This document shows, piece after piece, positions 1 to 14,000 of a stretch of 64,000 bases of DNA. The translations under genes were made by a program, and so were the position numbers. The stretch is from assembly GCF_009914755.1 (NCBI RefSeq), contig NC_060937.1. The stretch is one strand, 5' to 3'. How positions within the stretch are numbered: the first letter of the stretch is position 1; every line of letters begins with the position of its first letter. Source of the DNA: the human T2T-CHM13v2.0 reference genome, Homo sapiens. The notes under the pieces are model-generated. The model saw nothing but the letters and a program-made list of their open reading frames with translations, had not been told where the DNA came from and made no database searches.

Positions 1-1260
1 GCTCAGTGCTGGTCTCTGCTGCTGGCACATTGGGCACTCAGTGACGGCCAATGTTCCACTCTCCATGTCAACCATGGACAGTGGAAGTCCCTGTTGCTGA
101 ACCCATGCATAACCTCCATCCCTGCCACCATGGCCACTTTGTTTATGGGCTCAATGGGCAACAATAAGGGTGGCTGGGAAAAAAAAGGAAGACTGATATC
201 TACGCAATGGGTCATCCTATCTACCTGATTATTAAAGTTCTCCTTTGCTGAGGTGACCCCTTGGTAAGCATTCACATGGAAATATCTTCATTTTTTTTTT
301 TTCACTATTTCAGAGAGGTCTACCCACATACCTCTTCTCCAAATTTCCCTGTCACCAATTTTCCAATTATATTTCTTCCTAGTCCCCAGCCATCCAGCCA
401 AAACATTGGCTATAGTCCATGAGTCAGTATATAATTGCACATGTGACCATTTCTCCTTCCAAGCAATGTAAACAACCAGGTGCACTCCTTAAAGTTTTGC
501 CTATTAGGATAAGTTCCAATGACCACTGTCCTTCAAGGATGCCCCAGAAAGGGGATGTAGTGCTGCAGCTGCACACATTCAGGTATTGTCTCCATATTGT
601 GCAGAACTATCCGTAAACTGTCTTCTCTTCTTCTCTGTCAACTGATCATAGGGATCTCCCGTAAGGCCAGAAGTACAGAATGAGCAAGAAGGCAGTGTAG
701 CAAGAGTGGGGACCATGGGCATTTGGGCCACTTCTTCATGTAATTTCTTTGTGCTTCAGGGCCTGCTTGGCCCAATTGTGTATATACCACTTCCATTTGG
801 CAATGGAGTGCTATTGTGCATGCCCAATTTTATGGCTTGGTGGGTCCAGTCAGCATAATGTCTTCAACACCATTGATCAGTGTGATATTTAGTGGAAGGA
901 AAAGATGATCAAGATTCCTGTGAACCAAATTGTGACACAGAGTTGATATACTCCTGAAGTAGAACAGTGAAACTGTTACTGCTGGCCTTGCTGGTTAAAA
1001 GTGAACTGCTTTGCTGGTCTTTGTCAACAGGAATGAAGGAAAAAGGATTTGCCAGATCAATAGCTGCATACCAGAAACTGAGGGAATGTTAATTTGCTCA
1101 AGTGATAAAATCACATCTGGTGCAACAGCTGAAAGTGGAGTCACCACCTAGTTAAGCTATGATAAGCCGCTGTTATTCTCCAAGATCTATTTGTCTTACG
1201 CTCAGGTGATGGGAATGTGGTGGGAATCACCACTTCTGCATCTTTCAAGTCCTTGATGGG

Positions 1261-1649
1261 TGATCTGGTTTGGCTTTGTGTCCCCACCCAAATCTCATGT
1301 TGAATTGCAATTCCCAGTGTTGGAGGAGGGGCCTAGTAGGAGGTGACTGAATCATGGGGGGGGGGGGACTTCCCCCTTACTGTTCTTGTGATAGAGTTCT
1401 CCTGAGATCTGCTTGTTTAAAAGTACATAGCACCTCCCCTTCCTTCTTCTCTCTTTGCCTCCTACTCCTGCTGTGTAAGATGTGTTGGCTTCCCCTTCAC
1501 CTTCCACCATGATTGTAAGTTTCCTGAGGCCTCCCCAGAAGCAGAAACCTGTACAGCTTGCAGAAGCATGAGCTAATTAAAACTCTTTTCTTTATAGATT
1601 ATCTAGTCTCAGGTATGTCTCTATACCAGTGTGAGAACAAACTAATACG
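1261..1649 (+). mobile_element. MST-family MaLR solo LTR inserted in HERV-L
   Basis: TGATCTGGTTTGG...CTAATACG; 5-bp TSD ATGGG on both sides. Confidence 0.9.
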
Positions 1650-2689
1650 ATGGGGCACTGATCTCTGAAATCACTGCAGGATTGCAGGATTGCTTTTGGT
1701 TTACTATTTTCCTAGGTAGAATGGCAGTTCTAGTGGCTTCCACTTGGCCTTTCCCACCACAATGGACCTCACTCTACAGGTCAGGGAACCAATGTGAGGA
1801 TTTTTCCAGCTGCTTGTGTATTCCAGAACTGGGGAAATAACCACAGGATGGGTTTGGAGACCCACTGGGCCAACTGTGAGACAGACCTAGACAAAAACTC
1901 CATTGATCACCTGACCTCTATAAACCCCTACTTTAACTGGTAGACCACAGTGACATTTTGGGTCATCTGGAATCAGTGTCCATTCAGAGATAGTGTCCAA
2001 AAGTCCCCAGGAAGGTCTCATTATTTCCTTTGCCCCAGTGCACAGTTATTCTGATTAAAAGGCTATAGATCCCTTTGGGGAAGGCTGGGAGAAGTGTTAA
2101 CAGTATGAATTTTTGGCAGTATACTGGGTCCTTTCTCAAGGGGACTCAGCAACACAGGTTTGGAAGTCTGGAACAACACAGTCTGGAAGTCAGACTATTC
2201 TATTTGTTGCATTGACACTGCTGTTCATTATGGTAACCACATCTACCTTGCCTTTGGTGGTTGGGTGCTGCCACTTGGCCCTGGCTGCCATGGGATCAAA
2301 TTATTCCCATTGCATTTAGGTTTTCAATTAAGTGGTCATAGTTCCCACTGTAAGGTCTGGCCTACAGAGAAGAGTGATCACAGAACGCTTTAAGGATGCC
2401 AGAGCTACTCACAATTTTATTTCTCACAGTCATGGTGAAAGGTATGTTTTCTGGACCACCCTAGGGTGAGTGAATAGATCTTAAATGACAGATACACTCT
2501 AGCATCAAATCACCTTACGCCTTAGAATCCTGCCTTCTATATTAAACCAAAGCAACTCTGACGCTTCTACCTCATTCTCTATGGACCACCTTTTCATCTA
2601 TGTTTCAGCCAACCAACCCCAGTAGCTAGAACCCTTTATGACTCCCAAGATTCTGCAAAATTAAATGCACAATGTCTGCTTAATGGACC

Positions 2690-2993
2690 TGATATGGTTT
2701 GGCTCTGTGTCCACACCCAAATCTCATGTCGAATTGTAATTCCCAGTGTTGGAGGAGAGGCTTGATGGTAGGTGACTGAATCATGGGGGCAGACATCCCC
2801 CTTGCTGTTCTCATGATAGAGCTCTCATGAGATCTGGTTGTTTGAAATGCACCATGATTGTAAATTTCCTAAGGTCTTACCAGCCATGATTCTTGTACAG
2901 CCTGCAAAACTGTGAGCTAATTAAACCTCTTTTCTTCATAAATAACCCAGTCTCAGATATGTCTTTACACCAATGTGAGAATGGACTAATACA
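2690..2993 (+). mobile_element. MST-family solo LTR (internally deleted)
   Basis: TGATATGGTTTGG...GGACTAATACA; near-TSD GGACC/GGGCC. Confidence 0.85.
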
Positions 2994-3872
2994 GGGCCCA
3001 TATCAATCAATTCAGCCTGATTCAACTTTATGTTTCTCCCATTATTACCCTACACTCTTAATACCCATTCCCACACATGTTCCCCAGCTTTCTGCCTGTG
3101 CATATTAGAAAATTCAAGTATTTCTTTTGAAGTGTAGTGCATGCCCTCATTGGTACACACTGTACTTTACCTTTAGGGTCCCGATGGGACTTAAGTCTGG
3201 TTATAAGTCTAAAAACAAAGAGAGGTGATGGGGAAGATTCATGAGGAGAATGAGCATTGTCTTGCAAGGCAACTCTCTCAGAGGAGGCTATTAAAGTTCC
3301 TTCAGGAATGTTAGGTTAATATTTTCAGATTCAGGTGGGAAGGCAGATACCACTGTGTGTGGAGGAGCTGATACTAATGGAGGAAGAGAGGCTTATACCA
3401 CTGGGTGTGAAGAGGCTGCTTCTATGAGGTAGGGGTGGAGGGTAGACAGGCTGCTTTCACTGACAAAGAAGACCCATCAAAATTTAGGAGTCAATGTCCT
3501 CAGCTTCATCAGGGTCTTCCCACACATCCTCATCCCAACTTTTAGGATCTCATTCTTTCCCAATCCATGTTCTCATTTAAGAGTAGAACTCCCTGTGAAG
3601 CTGGGAGTTTAATTTGTGTTATTCTTCAGCCAATTGTAGGATAAGATTCTGGGTCTTATTTTCAGCAATCTCAGGTCTGTGGCTACAGGACACAAGAGTC
3701 TCCTTCAGGACACACAAGAAAGCTTTCAGGTCATTTATGTGGCACTTTAGCTGGAAATTCAAATCCCTGAGTTATTTCCCTTCTTTCTCCACTTTGTCCC
3801 GTGACATTAGGACAACATGTCAACCTCATTACACTCATCAGTTTGACAAAAATGTTTAAGAGTGATATATAG

Positions 3873-4243
3873 TGTATTAGTCCATTTTCACACTGCTATA
3901 AAGAACTGCCTGAGACTGGGTAATTTATAAAGGAAAGAAGTTTAATTGACTCACAGTTCCACCTGGCTGGGGAGGCCTCAGGAAACTTACAACCATGACA
4001 TAAGGCGAAGGAGAAGCAAGCACCTTCTTCACAAGGGGGCAGGAAAGAGAATGAGCAAGAGAGCACGGAAGCACCATACTTTAAAACCATCAGCTCTCCT
4101 GAGAACTCACTCACTATCATGAGAAGAGCATGGGGGAAACTGCCCCCATGATCCAATCACCTCCTACCAGGTCCCTTCTTTGACACATGGGGATTACAAT
4201 TTGAGATGAGATTTGGGTGGGGACACAGATGCAAACCATGCCA
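3873..4243 (-). mobile_element. MST/THE1-family solo LTR
   Basis: TGTATTAGTCCATTTTCACACTGCTATAAAG...CAAACCATGCCA. Confidence 0.85.
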
Positions 4244-4489
4244 CACAGGTACCCAGATCCTTGCTTCTTATAAGTGATTGATTACAATGATCTAATTGTG
4301 ATAATTTGCATATTTCTATGGCCAGATCACACCATGAACTATCAGTGCTCTCTTTCCTACTGGGAAGAAAGTCATTCGCATTTTTAAATCTAATCATATT
4401 ATGGAACACATTCCAGAAACCCCAGAATCAGTCAAAATAACCCATTCTCAAAATTCTGTTCCTGTAGAACCACTCTTGGTACCAAAATC

Positions 4490-4537
4490 TGTATTAGTCT
4501 GTGTTCTCCAGAGAAATAGAAACAATAGTATAAATCT

Positions 4538-4577
<40 letters not shown>

Positions 4578-5064
4578 GGAGATATATATGTGTAAATATA
4601 TAAAATATATATAATAAATATATATTTTATATATAGTAAGGAATTGGCCCATGTGGTTACAGAAGCTGGCAAATCCCCAGATCTGCAGGGTGAGTTGACA
4701 AGCTGGAAACTCAGGAAAGCTAATGATGTAATTCCAGTCCAAAGGCCAGCAGATGCAGGGAAAACCAATGCTTCTGTTACAGTTCAAAAGCAAGAAAAAG
4801 CCAATGTCCCAGTTTGAAGGCCAGCATGCAGGAGGAATTCTCTCTTGCTCAGGGAATGGCCAGCTTTTTTTATCTATTCAGGCCTGTAATTGATTGGATA
4901 AAATCCACGCACATTATGGAGTATGGTCTTCTTTATTCAGTCTACCTATTTAAATGTTAATCTCATCCAAAAATAGCCTCACAGAAATGCCCAGAATAAT
5001 GTATGACCAAATATCTGAGTACCCTGTGGCCCACTCAAGTTGACATGCAAAATTAATCATCACA
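4490..5064 (-). mobile_element. MLT2-family 5' LTR of the HERV-L, with internal (TA)n
   Basis: TGTATTAGTC...AATTAATCATCACA termini typical of MLT2; abuts the PBS. Confidence 0.85.
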
Positions 5065-5069
5065 TTTAC

Positions 5070-5110
5070 CTTTTGTGTTTTTTAACTATTTTGTCTGCCA
5101 TATGTGGTTT
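5070..5110 (-). pseudogene. ATP8A2-like exon 5 equivalent (41 nt, frameshifted)
   Basis: cataacag|AAACCACATATGGCAGACAAAATAGTT...ACAAAAG|gtaaat. KPHMADKIV resembles KRHKADNAV; about 5 nt shorter than the remembered ATP8A exon. Confidence 0.8.
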
Positions 5111-5208
5111 CTGTTATGGGGGAAAAATTCATTACATCAAAAGTTCAATCTGAATAATTCAATTTGTAATACAAGACGTACTAGGTTTAAGAAACAATAG
5201 AGGCAGAC

Positions 5209-5513
<305 letters not shown>

Positions 5514-5619
5514 AATAGAGGCAGCCAACTTAATTGTAAAGTCCTCTTTGGCTATAATTGATTTTAGTTTCATTTTGCCCTTACATGACTCCCTTGACTG
5601 AGATGTGGCCTATGGGAGG

Positions 5620-5763
5620 GAGTAGAGCAAAGTGGTGAAGTGTGTGGACTCTGGAGCCAGCAGGCCTTGGTTGACATCCTCACTAATGCAACCTCATCAG
5701 CCATTAGCTTGTCTGTGCCTCAATTTAAATGAGCATAAACACACATACACAGTGTATATATAA

Positions 5764-5807
<44 letters not shown>

Positions 5808-6050
5808 GTGTATATATAATGTGTATATATATATATACACAGTGTATATATAATGTGTATATATATATACACAGTGTATATATAATGTGTATATATATAT
5901 ACACAGTGTATATATAATGTGTATATATATATACACAGTGTATATATAATGTGTATATATATATATATACATATACATACACACACACAGAGAGAGAGAG
6001 AGTATAGTGTGTCTGGTACATAGTAAGTATTATACACTTGAAGTGTTAGC
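5620..6050 (+). mobile_element. MIR remnant split by a TA-rich minisatellite
   Basis: GGACTCTGGAGCCAG..CTGTGCCTCAATTT on the left and GTCTGGTACATAGTAAG on the right. Confidence 0.55.
5740..6002. repeat. TA-rich minisatellite, six copies of core CAGTGTATATATAATGTGT plus (TA)n
   Basis: Directly visible tandem units, mostly with a 32-34 nt period. Confidence 0.9.
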
Positions 6051-6712
6051 ATATTACATGTTATTTGTGTTTAACCATATTTTGTTAAACGCACAATGAG
6101 CAATTCCGGATTTTGCCCCAACTTAACCTAAAGCTTCTGATCAAGTTTTAATGATTCTTTCATATTATAAACCGATCGAAAGGACAACACTGATTTTAGT
6201 GATGTCATGTCTTTACAGGATGGGTTGAAGCTCGCGAATAACGATAGCTAGCGATTTTACAAAATGATCATTAGGATTGTGAGTGTGGAGGAAGGAGACT
6301 CTGCAAGAGTGACCTAAGCCATAGCAGATAGGGTCAGAGCAAACAGAAAACATGATTAAATACCTCCCTGTACCTGGGACAAGGCTAAAGGTGAAATGAA
6401 GATGCAGCACAATTTGTGTGTGCATCCCTTTCAGCCGCTTAAGACTTTGACCTACAGTTGGATTAGAACCCCAAAGATACTATCATAGTTCTTATGACAC
6501 CTAGTAAGTCCTGTTAGTCTCTCAGATATATAAGCCAGAGTATATAACTTAAAATTTAAAACCTCAAAACTTGAATTCACTCTTCACAACAACTATAGAC
6601 TTAAAGGAATTACACCAGCTTTAATCAACTGCTTGAAAAAAAATCAACAATAATACTTTTATGTACAAGGCTATACTTTTGAGAACATTTCATTATTTAA
6701 CAGTAAACTTAC

Positions 6713-6811
6713 TTAATCTTCTATAACCTCTTCAATGCCTGAAATCGTAAGAAAAATCATCAAAGGTAAGAGAGTTATATATTTTCCTGTTGGGGACATA
6801 CCTGGAATTTA
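6713..6811 (-). pseudogene. ATP8A2-like exon 4 equivalent (99 nt, two stop codons)
   Basis: tgttttgcag|TAAATTCCAGGT...GAAGATTAA|gtaagt; encodes [31 protein letters not shown]. Confidence 0.93.
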
Positions 6812-7132
6812 CTGCAAAACAATCAGAGTTACACTATTAATTTTATGATCAATTCTTGTTATATTTTGCTCAAAATCACAGTATTATTACACTCAAAGTC
6901 ACACTACTAGTGACATGGCTCAGGGCATGAAGACAATAGACATGTTAAATAAAAAGGGGAAGGAAAGTCTTAGCATATTAAAACTATCCCTTGAGTGTGA
7001 CACTATCACGTGATAGAAAAGTCACCAGTGCAACTACTTAACAACACCTCAGTCATACGTTGCCTTCCTTGTAGGATACTTTTATTACATCTTGAAAGGA
7101 TATTTCAAAATCTAAATCTTAATCTGAAATAG

Positions 7133-7467
<335 letters not shown>

Positions 7468-8780
7468 CAGATGGTCTGATATCCTGATATCTTAACTGAA
7501 CCTTTTCTCCTTTTTTTCTTTTTTTCTTTTTTTTTTTTTTTTGGCAGAGGAGACATTTTTTGGAGACCCAAGGGAATAATGTGTCCTAGGTAAGAATTAG
7601 TTGTGGCTAGTGCTCTAGGGCTACCTACTGTTTAGAATATGAGAAATAAAGTTCCCAATAGTTATTATAACAATGTTAAAGGGAATCTGAGGACTAGAAG
7701 AAAAAAGGGGGGAAATTTTAGGATCGCTTACGCGCTCAATGAACTGCCTTTGAAACATCTCTTGTATGTCTCCCTCTTCTCCATTTCTCTGGGGTGCAGC
7801 TCCAAGCTGGTCCCTCTACCCGTGGACCCCTTCCTGTCTTTTCCTCACGCAAGGCACCAGAGCTGTTCATGTCAGTGAGCTGCTCACGACTGCCACTGCC
7901 TTCTCACTGTCTCCAGGATGAAGTCCAACCTTCTGCGGGTAACACACCAACCTCTTTTATAACCTGGCCTCGGCTAACACCTTGAGCTGCTTTTCCACTC
8001 TATCCTATGTTACCCAAACAAAATTTTTACTGTTTCTGGAACACTTCATATACTAGAGAAAAATTTAATATTTTATATTTGTAACTTATTTATTTTTGAA
8101 TATGTAACACATTCAACACGTTTCACAATTCAAAACATATGAAAGGATTCAGTGTGAAAGTTCTACGTTTCCCACTGTCCCCTTGGTTCCTAGTTCTCTC
8201 CAAAAAGACGCCCAATGTTTCCAGTTTCCACGCGTTTGCTCACGCTGCGCGCTGTGCCCAGAGGTCTTCCTTGGTCCATCGGATTACGTTTCTCCTTCTG
8301 TAATGCTTGGCTTAAATGTCACCTCTTTTCAGTAGCTTTTTCTAAACCACCCACCCCCAAGCCAGAAGCAGGCTGTGTTCCTTCAGCACTTTATAAATAC
8401 TCTGTCTTATAAAATCTTGTATGTTACACTCCGAGCTTTCCAGGGGCAGGCAGCATGTCTAATCATTCATCCTTAAATGTTTAATTCCATGAACAGATTT
8501 TGACACATGCTATGTGTCCTCTACACGTGTTTACTGAATCGAATTCTCCCGTTTAAGGTCAATTCAACAAGTTTATCAAATTCTTATCTCAAAGCTTAGT
8601 AGCTTCTAAGACGTTTCTATTCTCAATGATTTTAAACTTCCTGGGAGAAACAAAACTAGTTATAATATGTTACATAGATCATTGTTACAGACATTAGAGA
8701 AGGGAGAAGTCAGCATGGACTATAGCATTTGGTGAAGTTTGGAGGAAGATGGTTTAGGGCTTTTAAAAGATTAAAGATGT

Positions 8781-9419
<639 letters not shown>

Positions 9420-9984
9420 AAGATATTTTAAAAGAATGGGTAGGATATAGATAGATTAATACCTTCTAGGTTTAGGATATAGGAAGAAAATTGAATAAAT
9501 GGGAGGAGACGTATCTGGTTAAATTGCAGGGTTCATAACAGAAATAAGGTTGAACAAACAGGAATAAACCAGATTATGGAAAGCCTTGAATTTAACTCGT
9601 TTTGAAAAGATGCTATTTAAACTACTATTCGGACTTCCTTTAAATTTTTTATTTCAAAATATAGTAAAATTATCCTATTTTGGAGGTGCCATAAAATGAC
9701 CGAAATTGCTCCAATAATATGTCATTAAAGATCTCGATCAGGATGAACTGCGGGCCAGAGCATCTATTGCTCATCCGCGTATTTTTCAGCCCCAAAATGG
9801 AATTTCAGTGTCTCACTGAATGACTTAAATACTGTAAGAAAAGAATTCTCTTCTTAGAGTATTTAAATTTATTCTCTACATTGAATTTAATTTGAAACTC
9901 TAATTTCAGCTAAATGAAATTCTTACGAGTGTTTCCTTAAACTCTTTAAGAATCCTAATCTAATAACGTGTTCAAAAACATTAC

Positions 9985-10084
9985 CTGCAATATAGTAATG
10001 AACAAGAAGAAAGCACTGGCAGCTTTGGTAAACTGCAGGTACAAAAATCGAGGGAGAAATGACCACACACTGTACTTGGCTGTG
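9985..10084 (-). pseudogene. ATP8A2-like exon 3 equivalent (100 nt, open frame)
   Basis: ttcttttcacctacag|CACAGCCAAGTAC...ATATTGCAG|gtaatg; encodes [33 protein letters not shown]. Confidence 0.93.
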
Positions 10085-10656
10085 CTGTAGGTGAAAAGAA
10101 GTACAATTTTCCATTGATATTCGGAACTCTAAAACAACTAGTAGAAAACAGGGAAAGTTAGTTATAAATCAAAAGTGGATTATAAGTAAAACATAGTTAT
10201 AAAACACTGGTCCTTTTCTAGAGCTATTTTGTCTTTTTTTGAAAGTACTGACTGTTATCTGAAAGCAATCTCAGAATAAAAGAATAGTCTTCCCCATTTC
10301 AGGAACTAAGTAGTATGTGTAGAGTTAACATGGAAAACCAGAGATCAAAGTCATGATATCTAAACACATCCAAAGGGGAAGATGACAAAGAGTACCATCT
10401 TTTATTTCACTAATGATTGAGACCATTTGTTCATTTATTCACTCTGCAAATATTTATTGAGTAGCTGCCACATACTGGTATTTATCTAGGTGCTTGAGAT
10501 ACATCAGAGAAAACACAAAGATACCTGCCTATCTGATAGAGCCATATAAACAATAATCAATAAACATGATAAGTTAGGTGTACATATATGTTAAGGCAAT
10601 AAGCAAGACTTATTCCACATTTTCTATTAGCTTGTAATACTTACGACAAAACTCCC

Positions 10657-10963
10657 GGCTGGGCGTTGTGGCTCACACCTGTAATCCTAGCACTTTGGGA
10701 GGCTGAAGTGGGTGGATCACTTGAGGTCAGGAGCTTGAGACCAGCCTGGCCAACATGGCAAAACCCTGTCTCTACTAAAAATAAAAAAATTAGCCGGATG
10801 TGGTGGCGCACACCTGTAATCCAAGTTACTCAGGAGGCTGAGGCAGGAGAATCGCTTGAACCCAGGAGGCAGAAGTTGCAGTGGGCCAAGATCACACCAC
10901 TTCACTCCAGCCTGGGCAAAAGAGCCAGATTCTGCCTGAAAAAAAGCAAAAAACAAAAAAAAA
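10657..10963 (+). mobile_element. AluSx-like
   Basis: Full dimer and A-tail. Confidence 0.9.
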
Positions 10964-11069
10964 ACTCCTAATCAACCTCTGTCTTATAGTTTCAGAAATA
11001 ACAAGAGACATCAATTCTTCTCCCTTCTCTCTCTCATAGGTATTTTATTATTAAAAGATATTTTAAATC

Positions 11070-11195
11070 TGGGAGGCTGAGGCAGGAGGCTTGTTTGACC
11101 CCAGGAGTTGAAGGCTGCAGTAAGCTACGATCATGCCACTGCACCCCAGCCTGGGTGGCAAAGCAAAGCTCTGTCTCTAAAATAAACAACAAACA
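11070..11195 (+). mobile_element. Alu monomer (FRAM/AluJ right arm)
   Basis: GGGAGGCTGAGGCAGGAGG...CTCTGTCTCTAAAA. Confidence 0.8.
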
Positions 11196-11899
11196 AATCC
11201 TAAATCTATCTGCATCTACATGACTAGATCATGTCACAGACAGAGAAAACCCCCATGGTATGTTTCTTTTTTTTTTTTAATTCTACTTTGTGTAACAAGT
11301 TTCTGGTTTAAAAATCAGAAAGACTAAAATCAAAACTGCACGCATCCCAAATTATCCCAGTGAAGTGGGGTGGAGGATGGGGCAATAATATAGAACAGGG
11401 TTCAGGATGAATTCTACAACATCATATGGGTTAGGTATGGGTATAGAGAGCAAACAGGCTTTACTGGGGGAAATTATGAGCGTCATCAAGGGAAGGCCCG
11501 TGTCCCTGATTCTGCCTCTGAAAGGCAAGCCAGAGCCTGCACCGCTGCTGGACGGGCAATAGGTCTGAAGGGATGCCATCCAACTGTTGCTCCCACTCTG
11601 GTAGGAAAAGGGTGAGAACAACCTTGTCAGTAGGGGAATAGACAGAAAGCCAGGCCCCAAGAGTCATGGCTCAGGCGTCATCTGTTTCCATGGGTTGTAT
11701 GGAAAAGCCAGCTGCCCAGCCGTAGGCACCTTGAAGAGTGGGCTTTGGGTGCAGCTCTTTCAGTTTAAGGGGCGGACAGGGCAGAAGGAGTCTTAAACAA
11801 GCCACAGGTCCTGGTTAGACAACCCAGAGTGAGCTTCCTGGGTCACTCTTAGATAATTCTGCTCATTGGATTGCAGAAAACAAAGAGAACAGCATGAAA

Positions 11900-13760
11900 G
11901 CCGCTTTTAAAAGAGAGAGAAAACACAATAACAGAACTGTGGCCAAATATACATTATATATAGTAAATATAAGTGGCAGAAAACGTAGAATGGATCAAAA
12001 CACAAAACCTAACTTAAAAGAAATATTCCTACAAAATGTCTCAGAATAGTTCCAGATAAATGGCTATCCAAATGTAGAGGAGGCAAATTAGAAAGAGAAA
12101 GAAATAAAATCAAGTAGTAAGAGTTTTCAATATTAACACTGGACAACACTGAATTCAAACTAAAAAATATTAGGGAGAAAAAGAGGATCACCTTGTAAAG
12201 ATTAAGGGGACGATCCACAAATGAAGACACAAGTGCTATAAGCCATTACGCATCAGTTAATACATTGGTTACATAAGGTTTAAAAGTGGAGGAAACAGAA
12301 GGAAACGACAGACACAAAATGGTGGAGAATACTGACATTATTCTCTCAGTCTTTGCCCAAATAAAAGGATATTTAAAATTTGGGTATTATAGTTAAAATA
12401 CCACATATGTATTTGTCAAGAGAGCTGTGTGCATATTACTGTGTGTTATCAAACCCTGTACCCTTAATAGAGAAGAATAAACATTCTTTCAAACATGGAA
12501 AACTTACAACAATCAACCAAATTTTAAAAAACAAATTTTCAAATAACAGAAATAACTCAATCTATGTTTCTCTGACCACAATGCAATAAAACTGGAACTA
12601 AATAACTGAAATAAAAACAAAAATAAAACAAAAACTACTTAGAAAGTATCAGATTCTCTCATTTTTTAGGAACTTAGATAAAATAAGAAATCAGAACTGC
12701 CAGGTACTACAGTTCCAGTGTAAGAAAAGACAAATCAGTAGACCCTCGTTACCTACACTGAATTACACTGAAGTAACAGATGGGAGTTTATATAACATGG
12801 GGAGAGCATTACAAATTAGTTGGGGGTGAAATGACTAGTCAACCAATTAAAAAATAAATTAAGCTGGGTCTCTACCTTATTCTTTACACCAAAATAAGTT
12901 CCATCTAGAGGAAAGATTTAAAGTTAAAACAAAAAAGAATGCCTAGGGTTGGGGTGTTGAGGGAAGTTGCAGTGCTGGGGAAACGGGGAATGACTGCTAG
13001 TGGGTATGGGTATAGGGTTTCTTGTTGGGGTAATGAAAATGTTCTAAAATTGGTTGTGGTGATGGTTGCACAACTGTGACTATATTAAAAACCATCAAAC
13101 TGTACACTTTAAATTGGGCAAATTAAATGATATGTAAATTTTATCCCAATAAAGCTGTTATAAACAAATTAATAAATTTTAAAAATTTTTAAAAATGAAA
13201 CTAGAAATATTAGAAGAAAATGTGGATAATTATTATATAATCTTGGACTAGAGAAGTCCATTTTAAACTTTGCAGAGAAACCAGAGAACACAATGGCAGT
13301 GGGTGTAATTTGACTACCTTAAAAAAATAGAAAAGTTCTGTTAAGAAAGAAACATGAATAACAACTGGGAAAAAAAGATTTGTAGCGCATTTGAAAAAGG
13401 TGTTATTATCTCTAGTATACAAAAAGTCTTTAAAAATTATTAATAAAATATAGCACAATGTGAAAATAGAACTAAGGCACAAACAAGTAATTATTTTTAA
13501 AAGGGGCAAAAAAAGGCAAACAAGTCATCCTCAGTAACAATCAAAGAAGTGAAAACAAACAGATATTTTTCACTTTGCAGGTTGACAAAGATTAAAAGGA
13601 TTGACCAATTCCAGCATCAGTGAGGACATGAAGAAATGTGAATCCTCAAGCTGACAGCATAATCTTTCTGGAAGATTATTTGACACTTGTATAAAAGTAT
13701 AAACAGAGTGTGTCCTTTGGTCTAGAAACTTTACTCTGGTTAATTTATTGTAGTTGCCCA
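11900..13760 (+). mobile_element. Old L1M fragments
   Basis: A-rich strand with L1 ORF2/3' UTR-like segments (e.g. GGGTTTCTTGTTGGGGTAATGAAAATGTTCTAAAATT). Confidence 0.6.
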
Positions 13761-13790
13761 CAGAATAAGAGATAGCATAAAGAGAAAAAG

Positions 13791-13864
13791 AGATGGATGG
13801 ATGGATGGATGGATGGATGGATGGATGGATGGATAGATGGATAGATGGATGGCTAGCTAGCTAG

Positions 13865-13900
<36 letters not shown>

Positions 13901-14000
13901 AGAAGTCATTGGATGGATAAATAGATGAATAGATGGACGGATAGCTAGAAAGACAAATGGATTAATAGATGAAACATGAATGGATAGATGGATAGATAGA
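13791..14000. repeat. Compound (GGAT)n/(GATA)n microsatellite
   Basis: Directly visible. Confidence 0.95.

Larger units (their letters stand above)
1..4489 (-). mobile_element. HERV-L/ERVL internal region (degenerate gag-pro-pol), runs off window start
   Basis: Minus-strand RNase H motif VQLYTDSWTIANVLAGWLGT..KIGDREIW and an RT-like VEDIML remnant near 860. PBS-like GATTTTGGTACCAAGAGTGG lies next to the LTR. Confidence 0.9.

Noticed and set aside
5697-6052. Tyr/Ile/His-rich repetitive ORFs; possible CRISPR-like array
   Set aside because: Translation of a TA minisatellite; no unique spacers, and the context is eukaryotic.
9923-10114. Track [13 protein letters not shown]... (63 aa)
   Set aside because: It overlaps the flippase pseudo-exon but in the wrong frame; the meaningful frame is [13 protein letters not shown].
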